DNA of 64,000 nucleotides from assembly GCA_965197905.1 (NCBI GenBank), contig CBDAOB010000004.1:768001-832000 (forward strand). The letters are read 5' to 3'. This DNA is from Candidatus Latescibacterota bacterium (GTDB lineage Bacteria; Latescibacterota; UBA2968; UBA8231). The position numbers were made by a program, and so were the translations under genes. This document shows positions 48,477 to 59,206 of this stretch, one piece after another; the stretch's first letter is position 1; each line of letters starts with the position of its first letter. Under the pieces are notes generated by a model. That model was not told where the DNA came from. It made no database searches and was given only the letters and a program-made list of their open reading frames with translations.

Positions 48477-51038
48477 GTGGCCCATCCTGAACGACAGCAA
48501 TGGCCCATCCTGAAGGAATATGATCAACAGCATCTGGCCCGTATCGCCCTGCCATTGGGGGGCATCGGCACCGGCACGGTTTCCCTGGGAGGTCGCGGCG
48601 ACCTGCGAGATTGGGAGATCGTCAACCGTCCTGCCAAGGGGTTTGTGCCCGCCTTTCCACCGGGCGTAATAGGCGTCTCCTCTTTCTTTGCGATTCACGG
48701 GCAAGATGGCCAGGGCCGGTCTTTCACCCGCGCTCTAGAAGGACCCTTGGAAATGGAGGACTATGAGGGAGCGTCCGGCAGTACCGTGCCGAACCATGGC
48801 CTGCCGCGCTTCCGCCGTTGCTCATTCGCCGCCGCCTACCCGTTGGGCCAACTGTTTCTGGCCGACGACGACCTGCCCGTGGAAGTCCGTCTGGAGGCGT
48901 TCAATCCACTCGTTCCGGCGGATGCCGATGCCAGCGGCCATCCGGTTGCGGTGCTCCGCTTCGTCCTGCACAACAAAGGCGGGGAAACACTGCAGACATC
49001 GGTCTGTGGATCGATCGTGAATTTCATTGGCGCCGACGGATCGGCGGGCGAGCCCAGGAGGAACCGCAACCGCTTCAAAGATGGGACGGCGGTCCGGGGC
49101 ATCTTCATGGATTCGGAAGGCGTGGCATCGGAGGATGAACGTTGGGGCACCATGGCCCTCACCGCGGAGCCCGGAGCCGCGGTCAGTCACAGCACCGCCT
49201 GGAGGTCGCGGGACTGGGGCAGTGGCATGCTCGACTTCTGGGACGATTTCAGCGCCGATGGTCGGTTGTCGGAACGGGACGCCGGGGGTGCCGACGCGCC
49301 CATCGCTTCGCTGGCGGTGAGCCAGGAGATCCCCGCCGGCGGAACCGCGGAGGCGCTCTTCCTACTGACCTGGCATTTCCCCAATCGTGTGACCTGGAAT
49401 CCCCCCCAACCGAACGCCGAAGAATCCTGCTGTGACGATGGCGATCCGGAGCGCGTCGGCAACTACTACACCACTCGATACAAGGATGCCTGGGAGGTTG
49501 CCGAGCAGGTGATGGTTGCCGAGCAGGTGATGGTTGCCCTGCCCGAGCTGGAGGAAACCACGGTCCGTTTTGTGCAGAGCTTCTGCGACAGCGATCTGCC
49601 AACCGTCGTCAAAGAGGCCGCCCTGTTCAATCTGGCGCACCTGCGCACGCAGACCTGCTTTCGCACCGAGGATGGTCGCTTTTTCGGTTTTGAAGGGTGT
49701 CACGACCAGGCTGGTTGCTGCCATGGCAGCTGCACCCACGTATGGAATTACGAGCAAGCGACCGCCTTCCTCTTCGGCGATCTGGCCGCATCGATGCGCG
49801 ATACGGAGTTCCGCCATGCCACCGGCGACGATGGCCTCATGAGCTTTCGCGTCAATCTGCCGCTGTCGCGCGCCCGGGACTACGGACTTGCCGCCGCCGA
49901 TGGCCAGATGGGTTGCCTGATGAAACTCTACCGCGACTGGCAGCTCTCAGGCGATGACGCCATGCTGCGGGAGCTTTGGCCCAAAGCCCGTCGGGCACTC
50001 GAGTTCTGCTGGATCGACGGGGGTTGGGACGCCGATCAAGACGGCGTGATGGAAGGCTGTCAGCACAACACCATGGATGTGGAGTATTACGGTCCCAATC
50101 CACAGATGGGCGCCTGGTATCTGGGCGCGTTGCGGGCAGGGGAGAAAATGGCCCACTACCTGGGCGAGCAGGCGTTTGCAGGAAGATGCCGCGAACTGTT
50201 CGAACAGGGCAGCCAATGGTTGGATGCGCATCTTTTCAACGGCGAATACTACGAACACGAAATCCGTCCGCCTCAGGTGTCACCCGCCGCGGGTTTAACG
50301 CGGGGTCGGGGTGCCACCAATCTCGAGGAGCCCGAACTACAGCTGGGCTCGGGTTGCCTCGTGGATCAGCTCGTCGGCCAGTTCATGGCCCATATCTGCG
50401 GGCTGGGATACCTGCTAGATCGGGAGCACGTGAAGACCACCCTGCGGAGCATCGTAAAGTACAACTTCCGACAGGGGTTCCACGACCATTTCAACAACAT
50501 GCGCAGCTATGTCCTGGGCGACGAGTCGGCGCTGTTGATGGCCACCTATCCGCGCGGCAACCGGCCACAACAGCCGTTTCCCTACTTCAGCGAGGTCATG
50601 ACCGGGTTCGAATACACGGCGGCGGCGCACATGCTCTACGAAGGGCAGACCGCCGCCGGCCTGGACTGCATCCAGGCGATTCGCGCTCGCTACGACGGTC
50701 ACAGACGCAGCCCCTTCGACGAGGCAGAATGCGGCCATCACTACGCCCGGGCTATGGCCTCATGGGCTGCGGTGCTGGCGCTAACCGGCTTCCACTACTC
50801 GGCAGTGGAACGGGCGATACGTTTTGCCGGACAAGAGGGCACCTGGTTCTGGTCGACCGGACGGGCTTGGGGTCAGTGCATACAGCAGGCTCATGAAGAG
50901 GGCGTGCGCGTAACACTGTATGTCGGGCACGGTTCGGTTGAGCTGCAGCGAATCGTGCTGACCGGCATCGGCGAGATTGAGGACCCAGACCCGGTGCGAC
51001 TTGGACCGGGACAGCAGAAGACGTGGGAGATCGGCTGA
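48477..51038 (+). CDS. GH116 family glycoside hydrolase (non-lysosomal glucosylceramidase-like)
   Basis: PLGGIGTG, FEGC-CCHGSCTHVWNY, AADGQ, QHNTMDVE, DQLVGQ, EVMTGFEY, ECGHHYARAM. Confidence 0.9.
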   Translation: MAHPERQQWPILKEYDQQHLARIALPLGGIGTGTVSLGGRGDLRDWEIVNRPAKGFVPAFPPGVIGVSSFFAIHGQDGQGRSFTRALEGPLEMEDYEGASGSTVPNHGLPRFRRCSFAAAYPLGQLFLADDDLPVEVRLEAFNPLVPADADASGHPVAVLRFVLHNKGGETLQTSVCGSIVNFIGADGSAGEPRRNRNRFKDGTAVRGIFMDSEGVASEDERWGTMALTAEPGAAVSHSTAWRSRDWGSGMLDFWDDFSADGRLSERDAGGADAPIASLAVSQEIPAGGTAEALFLLTWHFPNRVTWNPPQPNAEESCCDDGDPERVGNYYTTRYKDAWEVAEQVMVAEQVMVALPELEETTVRFVQSFCDSDLPTVVKEAALFNLAHLRTQTCFRTEDGRFFGFEGCHDQAGCCHGSCTHVWNYEQATAFLFGDLAASMRDTEFRHATGDDGLMSFRVNLPLSRARDYGLAAADGQMGCLMKLYRDWQLSGDDAMLRELWPKARRALEFCWIDGGWDADQDGVMEGCQHNTMDVEYYGPNPQMGAWYLGALRAGEKMAHYLGEQAFAGRCRELFEQGSQWLDAHLFNGEYYEHEIRPPQVSPAAGLTRGRGATNLEEPELQLGSGCLVDQLVGQFMAHICGLGYLLDREHVKTTLRSIVKYNFRQGFHDHFNNMRSYVLGDESALLMATYPRGNRPQQPFPYFSEVMTGFEYTAAAHMLYEGQTAAGLDCIQAIRARYDGHRRSPFDEAECGHHYARAMASWAAVLALTGFHYSAVERAIRFAGQEGTWFWSTGRAWGQCIQQAHEEGVRVTLYVGHGSVELQRIVLTGIGEIEDPDPVRLGPGQQKTWEIG
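49496..49538 (+). repeat. In-frame 18-bp tandem repeat (2.4 copies)
   Basis: GGTTGCCGAGCAGGTGAT x2 + GGTTGCC giving AEQVMV-AEQVMV. Confidence 0.9.
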
Positions 51039-51182
51039 AGTTGCAGACATTTGGTCACATCGTCGGGTGCGACCCGTTCGGCAGGATGTAATTGGCAATA
51101 TCCCTCTCCAATCCATGGAATCGGGCAAAGACCGCCGAGTACCATGCCCGCGGCCGCTTCGAGAACCAGAGTCGCTTGCTAC

Positions 51183-52966
51183 TCACGGCTCGCGGGTGAG
51201 TGCACCAGCTCGGGCGAGCCAGGGTTGGAGGTGCGGACCCATGCTGGGATCATGGAAGAGGGCTCGCCTAAGATGGTCGTACGCCGATTTGGGCTGCCCC
51301 AGCTCGAGGCTCGCCTTTCCAATCAAAACGTGGATTTGGGGCTGCGCGTCGCGAATTGCCAGCGAGCGTGTCCAGCGCTCCACGGCAAGCGCGGTCTTAC
51401 CCTTCCTGTATGCTAGAGTGCCGAGAGCGTTCAGTGACACCGGCGTTGAGCGGATCTGCAGCGAAAGTTCCAAGGCCCTCTCGGTTTCTTCGAGCCTCCC
51501 CTTCTCAAACAATCTCTCGGCCACGGCGGAGTAGGACACAACCATGGACTCCGTCGCCTTGTCCGTATACCTGTGGGCCTGCTCTGTACCTTCCTCGAGA
51601 ACACGAATCGCCAGGTCGTCCAGGCCAAGCTCCACCAAGGACAGTGCAGAAGACCCGGGAATTAGATGAATGGTACCGTGGCTGGAAGCGTGCAGGGTTC
51701 CGCCGGAACCGCTCTCCGGACGGTACTGTCGTCGGGCTTCCTCGCTCGCTGCGTGCTTGCCCTGGGCGGAGAGGATTTCCGCCCGCAGCAAATAAGCTGT
51801 TTTGGCGCGTGGATACCTAAATAGGGATTCACCAACCTGCTCGGCGGCAGCGCTATAATCTCCGCTAGTCAACCGATCCGCGGCAGCAAATAGCAGCCTG
51901 TCGGAACAATTCACATCGTTGATAAACTCGCGCCGCCACGTTTCCAAGGAACCGTCCATCTTTCTTTTGTCCATGCGATATACAAGGACGGCCGGATGAT
52001 CGTAACCGATAAAGGAGGGTTCACTACCGCTGTCATCGAAATCAACTCCGAATAGCCGAGGGCTCACCTTGTACCTTCTTACCAATTCGATCCCCAGCTG
52101 TCCGTCATTCAACCTTTCGTAGAACCCGGCGACGACGGGAAAAAGGTCTGGGACTGCGCGATACTGCGCCATGCGATTGGCGTCGACGATGGCAAAATAG
52201 TCCATCTTCTCGAGACGTTGACGCAGCAGGTCGAGCCGCGTTGTGCAAAGCAGATAAGGAGAGGCGTAAAAAATATGCGGCAAACCGAGCCAAGTCTTCT
52301 CGAGTCGGGGGTCGTCGAGGAGGCGATGCAACGGAAACCCTCCCGCTTCCAGGCCCAATACACTTTTTGGTGGAAGGTTTTGCTCAATCCATCTGGAAGC
52401 CTGCAAGCGACTATCTTCCTCGAGATAGACGCGACCGAAGGAGATACCTGACGCCGTCGTCGGTACGAGCAGCCCCGCCATCAACAGGATACCAAGCGGT
52501 CGCCGGTTGGACCAGACCCGCGCCAGCAGGTCGGCAGTTAAGATTGCGATTGCTGGTATGATGGGCGAAACATGACGCACCGACTTCGAGAACAGGCCGC
52601 CTACCAACAGGAAGTACATGATTATCCAGGAGAGAAGCGCGATGCGCGGGGTCGTTCTCGCTCGCAGCGAATGGATGACCGCAATGGCCCCGAGCCCACT
52701 CGCAACAGTGCCGATGGTCAGTGGCAGCAGATGCGTCCATTGGTAGAGATACGGAATGGCGTGATAGTCGACCAGGGTCCAGGGTTGTAGAATCTCACCG
52801 CGAGCGATCTGGATGGCGTGGCCGAAATCAGTGTGGACGTTGGCGAGGAACAGTTGGCTCGGTTTCGCGAGCAGATTGGGCTGTGCCAGTAGCAATGTTG
52901 ACAGCGCGATCAAGGCGGCCACGGTCAGGTTCCCCAGAGCCGACTTCCTGCCATTTCGCGTTTGAA
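51183..52966 (-). pseudogene. 5'-truncated ArnT/PMT-like membrane glycosyltransferase with C-terminal TPR repeats
   Basis: TM segments, QPWT, K-VR-SPIIP, EPSF-YDHP-V, TPRs; N-terminal half replaced by duplicated DNA from 52967. Confidence 0.6.
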
Positions 52967-53537
52967 GTAGGCTCACATCGAGAGCATACCGAGTAGCCGC
53001 TGCACCGGCAACGTGGGCGCCCAGGATCGGTGCCTTCACCGGAGAATAACGGCTACTTGCAAAAGCGCTTTCACCTCAGAATCCGATAGCGCACGGTTGT
53101 AGAGCATGGTGGCGCAGGTCGCTTAGGCAGCCATTGAAGGTGGGGCCATAGTAGGTGAGCGCCGAAGCCGATATAAAGCGGCTTGTCGTTGGAGATGTCG
53201 TACTGGCCGGGGTCGAAGGGAGTGGACCTCACGCTTGCGCGTTTCCACCCGTGGCCACATCGCCTCGCCGAGGTTCAAGGGGTTGGTCAAGCCATCAGTT
53301 CCGGTAGGCTCACATCGAGAGCATACCGAGTAGCCGCTGCACCGGCAACGTGGGCGCCCAGGATCGGTGCCTTCACCACGGCTACTTCAAAAGCGCTTTC
53401 ACCTCAGAATCCGATAGCGCACGGTTGTAGAGCCGCAGGTCGCTTAGGCAGCCATTGAAATAGTCGTGAGCGCCGAAGCCGATATAAAGCGGCTTGTCGT
53501 TGGAGATGTCGTACTGGCCGGGGTCGAAGGGAGTGGA
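52967..53537. repeat. Imperfect tandem duplication (52967..53226 vs 53304..53537)
   Basis: Left copy repeats the LamG gene 3' end and downstream DNA with several small insertions. Confidence 0.85.
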
Positions 53538-55031
53538 AGTGGCCACAGGTTCGCCGTCCAAAGAAAGTGTCAGGCGATTGCCGCCTTTAACTGCGACCAG
53601 ATGGTGCCAGCCCGGGGGCAACTCGCAGTCCATGGTGGCGCTGTTGCCCGCTTCCATACAATGGACATGTCCAGAAGGCAACGTGCCTCCGAACAGCTTC
53701 CCCTGATATACCGCCATCGACCAGACGCGGCGGTATTCCACATCCGGTGTGTGGTCCAACTGGCCCACCAGAGCCCAATCGCCGACGCCATCGTAGCGGT
53801 AGACCTGGGCCAACGGCAGCGTGCCGCAATACAGCTTTCCGTTGTACACGGCCATGGACATGACTTCCTTCTCTTGCCCCATACGTCCGACGTTGCGCCA
53901 TTGCCTGTCGCCTTCATAACGCCAGACGGTGGCGCTCGGCCAGGTGCCGACGTGCATGTCGCCCTGGTAGAGTGCAATGGAATACGTCTGGACCTCGCCC
54001 GGCTGCTCACCGCAGTGCTCCCAGTCGGTCTGGCCCAGGTAGCGCCAGACGCCGGCGGTTCCTACACCGGTGACATTGCTGTTGGTCGTGAGGTAGAGGC
54101 TGCCGTTCCACACGCCCAGAGCCATCGACCCCTGCCCGCCGGGTAGGCCACAGGAGACCCACTTGTGGTCGTCCTCGAGCCGAAACACCTCGGGCTGGTA
54201 CATGCTCGTGCCATATAGCTGGCCGCGGAACACACCCAGGGCGTAGATATCATTCACCTTGCCCAGCTTGCCGCAGTCGGCCCAGTCGGTCCCACCCATG
54301 TACCGATGGACGCGTCCTCCCGGGTCGAGGTTGGGAGAATTCGGCTGCCTCGAGCCGTTGCCATAATGGCAAGCCGTGCCGGCGCACAGGTCGCCCTGAT
54401 GAACACACAAGGCCATCACCGCGTTGGACCCGTCCGGGCTGCCGCAGTCGATCCACCGGCCATCACCGTCATAGCGGTAGACATGGCCTGTGCGCTCGGC
54501 TCCGTACTCGTAGGTCCCAGCGTACAGGTGTCCATCGTGCACCGCCAGGGCACATACCATGACGGCCTCGCCCGGTCGTCCACAGTCTTGCCAGCTCGAG
54601 AGTCGGGCGTCGTCAATGCCGAAGTGCACGTGGCGGTAGTTGGCTGTTGTCGTGATCATCGAGGCGTTGTGCACAACGTTGAGGTTGAATCCCTTGCGGG
54701 CGTTCGGGTCGTACTTGCTGACGATGTCGCCGATGACATCATCCAGCTCAGCTTCGGTCTCGACCCATGCCGCGATAGAGAAATCGCCACTGCCTAGATC
54801 CAGAGAAGGGCTGTTGGGCACCTCGATGTACGCCCGTCGGCCATCGAAGCGAGCGGCCGTGTCCGGCCTGCTGCCCGGCCCTTGGGCGGCCAAGTCCGCG
54901 CCGCGAGCACTTCCGTGGTTGTCGTTTCCAGAGCAGTCTCGACAATCGCCGCGCAGCTTCCAGTGCCCCGCAAGACCGGCGTCCAGGCCGGGCGCTTCAA
55001 CAATACCCATTACTTCCTCCCCCATAGGCAA
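53382..55031 (-). CDS. LamG-like jelly-roll domain split by an inserted beta-propeller
   Basis: N-half GHWKL/DCSGNDNHG/FSIAAWV; repeats LAVH-G-LYAGT...VYRY-G-W-CG; C-half WHHLVAV/FNG-SDLRLYNRALS. Confidence 0.75.
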   Translation of the reverse strand: MPMGEEVMGIVEAPGLDAGLAGHWKLRGDCRDCSGNDNHGSARGADLAAQGPGSRPDTAARFDGRRAYIEVPNSPSLDLGSGDFSIAAWVETEAELDDVIGDIVSKYDPNARKGFNLNVVHNASMITTTANYRHVHFGIDDARLSSWQDCGRPGEAVMVCALAVHDGHLYAGTYEYGAERTGHVYRYDGDGRWIDCGSPDGSNAVMALCVHQGDLCAGTACHYGNGSRQPNSPNLDPGGRVHRYMGGTDWADCGKLGKVNDIYALGVFRGQLYGTSMYQPEVFRLEDDHKWVSCGLPGGQGSMALGVWNGSLYLTTNSNVTGVGTAGVWRYLGQTDWEHCGEQPGEVQTYSIALYQGDMHVGTWPSATVWRYEGDRQWRNVGRMGQEKEVMSMAVYNGKLYCGTLPLAQVYRYDGVGDWALVGQLDHTPDVEYRRVWSMAVYQGKLFGGTLPSGHVHCMEAGNSATMDCELPPGWHHLVAVKGGNRLTLSLDGEPVATSTPFDPGQYDISNDKPLYIGFGAHDYFNGCLSDLRLYNRALSDSEVKALLK

Positions 55032-55107
55032 TTTCTACGGCCCCCGGATTCGATTTCGTACTGCCGGCCAATCCGCTGACCGAGTTCCATCAGCCGGGCG
55101 CACGCGC

Positions 55108-55428
55108 TCAAATCGGGCGGCCGAATTCAGTAAAACCTACGAGCACCCGCACGAAGAAAGTCCATGTATGGATATTGCGGTCGTCCAGAAACGGTGAGTC
55201 GTAGCTGATTTTGTCAGAGTTCAACCCTACAAGGGTTACGAGATCGTAGCCAAAGTACGGCGTGCGGTTGGTGAGAGAAACAAACGTCGTGTGCTGTTTG
55301 AAGCTGTTGCGGGCGGAGGTGTCGTCGCGGCGTCGATACGGCAGCGGTCCCAGACCTTGGATACCGACCCGTAGGTGGGTTCTGGCCAGCAGCGGATACT
55401 CGGCGCGCAGAATGGGCACGGAGCGCAG
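55108..55428 (-). pseudogene. C-terminal remnant of a paralog of the 25203..28112 protein
   Basis: PLLART-LR-G-G-GP-PY...SF-T-FVS-TNRT-Y-GYDL...FVR-L-GFTE-G-I aligns to last ~100 aa of 25203 protein. Confidence 0.8.
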
Positions 55429-55498
55429 TGCGGAATATCACTTCCCTTGGCCGTACCACTCCAAATGGCCAAGACCAACAGCAGCCGGAGCATTATCG

Positions 55499-56239
55499 TT
55501 AAAAAGTCCTCGCGCAGCGAAAGCCAAAAGACGAGCTCCTGAAAGCGGGGCGGAATCTGTTGCGGCCCGCGGCGTGCAGGCCGTCCGGGCAGTTGTCCCA
55601 CGAACCACCCCGCAACACGCGGGATGTTCCCTCGGGCGGTCCCTGGGGATCGCACCGGGGACTTTCCGCATAATACTCCTCATCGTACCAATCCAGGCAC
55701 CACTCCCAAACATTGCCATGCATGTCGTATAGACCCCAGGCATTCGGTTGCTTGAGCCCAACTTCCTGGGGTTGGAATCCGCTGTTATCCCTGTACCATG
55801 CGTGCAACGCCAGCGCCTCTTCATCGTCGCCGAAACTGAAAACAGTCGTTGTTCCCGCCCGGCAGGCATATTCCCACTCTGCTTCTGTTGGCATTCGATA
55901 CTGTGGCCCGCCTTCGGCAGCGTTCAGTTTTTCCAGATACTCGGCAGCATCTTGCCATGAAACAGAGTCCACTGGACGGTTGGTACCTTCAGACCTCGAT
56001 GGATCGTTGTCCATCACCCCTTCCCAATGCGCCCGCGTCACCGGATACCGAGCCAAATAGAACCCCCGGTTGATCTCCACTTCGTGGACGGTCCTCTCGT
56101 CTCTATCGCCATCTTTTGAGCCCATCGTGAATCTACCAGGCGGGATGTAGACGAATTCCATCTCCACCCCGGGATAGACCTCCTCCTTCAACAGCAGATC
56201 CGCCCGCTTGCCGGTACCTGCACCTACGCGTTCGGACAT
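55499..56239 (-). CDS. FGE-sulfatase (SUMF1/EgtB/PvdO) domain protein
   Basis: F-MGS, PV-VSW-DA, PTEAEWEYACRAG, PNAWGLYDMHGNVWEW, RGGSW, GFRC. Confidence 0.9.
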   Translation of the reverse strand: MSERVGAGTGKRADLLLKEEVYPGVEMEFVYIPPGRFTMGSKDGDRDERTVHEVEINRGFYLARYPVTRAHWEGVMDNDPSRSEGTNRPVDSVSWQDAAEYLEKLNAAEGGPQYRMPTEAEWEYACRAGTTTVFSFGDDEEALALHAWYRDNSGFQPQEVGLKQPNAWGLYDMHGNVWEWCLDWYDEEYYAESPRCDPQGPPEGTSRVLRGGSWDNCPDGLHAAGRNRFRPAFRSSSFGFRCARTF

Positions 56240-56313
56240 GGGACCTCCTCTTCCTGGCCATTGCTTTCACCTTGTGCCATCGATCCCCAGCTCTCGACGG
56301 ACCAGCCGCGTTC

Positions 56314-56479
56314 CTAGTGCGCTGTTAGATAGAAAGCCTTGAGTTTTCGGCGTTGAGGCTCCCGGCTGGCAAGGCGCGCGAGCGAGCCATATTGGTGGAA
56401 TATGGCGAATGAGCGCAACGCAAACAGCCGGGATGCATCGGCGACGAAATACAAGGATGGCTGTTTAACAGCGCGCTAG
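56314..56479. mobile_element. MITE-like element (~160 bp) with terminal inverted repeats, nested palindromes and CTAG at both ends
   Basis: CTAG-TGCGCTGTTAGATAG ... CTGTTTAACAGCGCG-CTAG; internal CCTTG/CAAGG, CCCGGCTG/CAGCCGGG, GCCATATT/AATATGGC. Confidence 0.75.
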
Positions 56480-57579
56480 AGACCGATAACCTTTCGTCCG
56501 TCCAATAACCACTCCTCCTCAAAGCGCACCTCTGCGATGCACTCGCGTTGATAGGTGTACATGGCCCTCCAGACACCGTCCCTGGTCTGGTGCAACTTGG
56601 GATAGCTGAACTCACCTATTTCGGTCTCGATGTCCCGGGTCCTGAATGTGGCGCCCTCGTCTTCTGAGATCCCCAGCGTCAGGGGCGTGCGGAGCTGGTG
56701 GCTATCGTTGTATAGAATGAGCAGACGACCGCTCTGGCCCACGGCTATGTCCACGCTGCTATGGTTGTTGCGCAGATTGGTGAGCGCTGGATGGGAAAAG
56801 GTCCGTCCACCATCCGACGATTCGGACCGCCATACAAACCCGCCAATGCCGGCGTAGCGCATATAGCAGAGCCAGCGCCCGTCTGGGAGTTGGGCCAGCG
56901 CGGGTTCTAGGCACCCCGGAGCCTCATACAGATCTGTAAGGTTGCTGACAGCGGTGACGCCGTCTCCTGCCACCGTGAGAATACCGCTGCACCACCCATG
57001 AGGGGGCCTCGAGGTGTAGGAAATCAGCCAGCCGCCGGCCGGCCCCTGGGCGGTATCACGCGGCAAGGGTTGCCCGTGGAAGAGACCGGACTGGTCTACG
57101 AATCCATCCCGTCCGGAGAGACACTCGAGGTCAACCGCTGTCCTGCCTTCCAGGCGAAACCGGAAGGGACGGAATTCCGGCCCCCTGCCCCACACCTTGC
57201 TGTAGGTGATAGAGGATGAAGCGCTGTTCACACCGGCATCACCGGTTACCGCTCCCCATTGCCTGTCCGAGAGTCTGAACCCGCTCAAGGGAGAAGCCCA
57301 GGTATAGACTACGGTGGCGCCGTCCTCCGTTTCGATAGGACACGTTTGCTCCGGTAACCAGTAGTCGTCCTCGTACTGGAACATCCTCAAGGTAACAAAA
57401 GGCTCTGACCACTCACCGGTCGCGGAGTCCAGCATGGATGCCACGGCAACCTGGTCCTCGAAACCTTCATGCGTGCCGGTAAACCAGGTGGACAAAAGTC
57501 GTCCATCGCTGTATTCCAGGAGGTTGACGCTGTGCGCCCGCGGTCGTATGACGGGCAGGAATTGCTTTGTGGGTTCCAT
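56476..57579 (-). CDS. BNR/exo-alpha-sialidase-like protein
   Basis: AHS-LL, WF-GT-EG, EPAL, SSDGGRTF, RTPL, SEDEGATF, EFSYP. Confidence 0.8.
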   Translation of the reverse strand: MEPTKQFLPVIRPRAHSVNLLEYSDGRLLSTWFTGTHEGFEDQVAVASMLDSATGEWSEPFVTLRMFQYEDDYWLPEQTCPIETEDGATVVYTWASPLSGFRLSDRQWGAVTGDAGVNSASSSITYSKVWGRGPEFRPFRFRLEGRTAVDLECLSGRDGFVDQSGLFHGQPLPRDTAQGPAGGWLISYTSRPPHGWCSGILTVAGDGVTAVSNLTDLYEAPGCLEPALAQLPDGRWLCYMRYAGIGGFVWRSESSDGGRTFSHPALTNLRNNHSSVDIAVGQSGRLLILYNDSHQLRTPLTLGISEDEGATFRTRDIETEIGEFSYPKLHQTRDGVWRAMYTYQRECIAEVRFEEEWLLDGRKVIGL

Positions 57580-57617
57580 TGGCTAAACCTCCTCTATGTC
57601 GGCGACACCCCACCCTC

Positions 57618-59160
57618 TCATTCGAACCAGTAGGAATACAGGTGTCCGTTGCGCAGCGAGAATCGCAGGCTCGTTGGTCCGCGAAGAGCGTCGATCCCAC
57701 CTTCGACCCACGTTACTTCCGCCCGCAACAGGTCGCCCTTGATCGGGTAGGAGCGGGCGACCGAACGGTCAGCGTCGAGAACTTCCACCCGCAGCTCTCC
57801 GTCCGGGGCGTCCACGTTTACGAATAGGCGCGAAGCGTTCAGTTCGAACGGCAATGTGCGGACACTGCCCTCGGTTTCTCCCGCTTCCAGCGAAACGAAG
57901 CCGTCCCGCCGCAGCACCGCCAGGCAGATGCCACCCTTGTCGGGCCGGTAATCGTCGTACCCCGGCTTCTCCCCCGCCGTAATGAAGCCGTATCCCTTCA
58001 CGCCGGTGTAGTAGAACCACAACTCGTCGTCGCGCACGACGACGTCGGCCGGTCCGATGATGGTCTGCAGGTCGTGGTCGCCGGCGCCGAGCCGAGTTCT
58101 CCAGCCACGGTTGGCGGTCACCGAGGCGCGTCCAGTGATACAGGTCGCGGCTGCTGGCCAGTTGCAGCTCGTAAAACCAGGTGTAATCGCCGTGCGTGTG
58201 GACCAGCTCTTTCACGGCCGGCGACAGGTTCATCTCGTCGAACCCCGGCCAGTCCTTCGGAACGCTGCCGGTGTGGTAGGAAAAGGCCGGCACACCGATG
58301 TAGTGGGATTCGTAGCGAAAGATGTTCATATGATACACTTCGGCGCGGTAGGTTTCCGGGACGTTGTATTCGGGAGTTAGCCGCGTCTTGTCGGCCAAAC
58401 GCGCCGCAATCCGCCTCGGCGCCACCTCCTGGTCCTGTTCATCCGCGCAGAACACCAGCTTTGGTTCGGTCCAGGTCTCGAAGTCGGTGCTGGTCGACAG
58501 GTACACCGAACGGTAACCGAACGTGGGGTCGCTGAACTTCACATAGTGGATGAACAGACCTTCCCGTTCGTCGAAGGAGAGACCCCATTCGTCGTAGCTG
58601 GCAATGCCAGGTGAAGAGCTTTCGGTCCAGTGAATCCCGTCGGGAGAAACCGCAAAACCTCCGGTGCACTCGGTGTGCCAATCGCAACCGTGCCAGCAAT
58701 CCGGGATGGAGGCCTTGAACCGGCGCCCCGGATCGGGATCGGTTTTGTCGTAGACGACACAATCCGTTCGCGCGTAGCGACCGCTGACCTTGGCGGTTAC
58801 GAAATTGTTCTCTTGCGACCCACCGTAGTCCACTTCGCCAACCACCGGCAGGTACCAATTCAGCCCGTCTTTGCTCTCGTAATAACCGCTGAAGTCACCC
58901 TGAACGGTAATGTGAGGTGGGGCCGGCGCCACGCCCATGACCCAGAGTTTGTACACCTCCTTCTCCGGGTCCCAGATCGGAGCACTACGGGTCTGGATAG
59001 CGCAGCCGGGGTGCTTGAGGTAGTCGCCTCGTATGACTGTCCCCTTCTTTTGCGGGCAGGGCATACGGTGGGTCAGATTTTCGATCTCGGCGACGCCGGC
59101 GGTATCCAGAAACAGCTGCCGTTCGCTGGCGCGCACCTCGAGCGCGTGGCTTGTTGTCAT
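57618..59160 (-). CDS. GH32-like beta-propeller protein; frameshift near 58092
   Basis: RQLFLD, ESKDGLNW, SPDGIHW, STDFETW, QLASSRDL-HW-R, ELWFYY-G, LRRDGFVSL; ORFs 57769..59160 and 57618..58121 join. Confidence 0.75.
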
Positions 59161-59206
59161 GTCCGTACCTAACGTGGGAGCAAAGCCACGGGCTCTAATT
59201 AGGAAA

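Noticed and set aside
51100..51180. Riboswitch-like GGGCAAAG...TGCCC segment
   Set aside because: Lies between convergent gene ends and lacks the rest of a c-di-GMP aptamer consensus
55499..56239. True formylglycine-generating enzyme for the local sulfatases
   Set aside because: Lacks the two-Cys C-x4-C core after RGGS (reads RGGSWDNCPDGLH)
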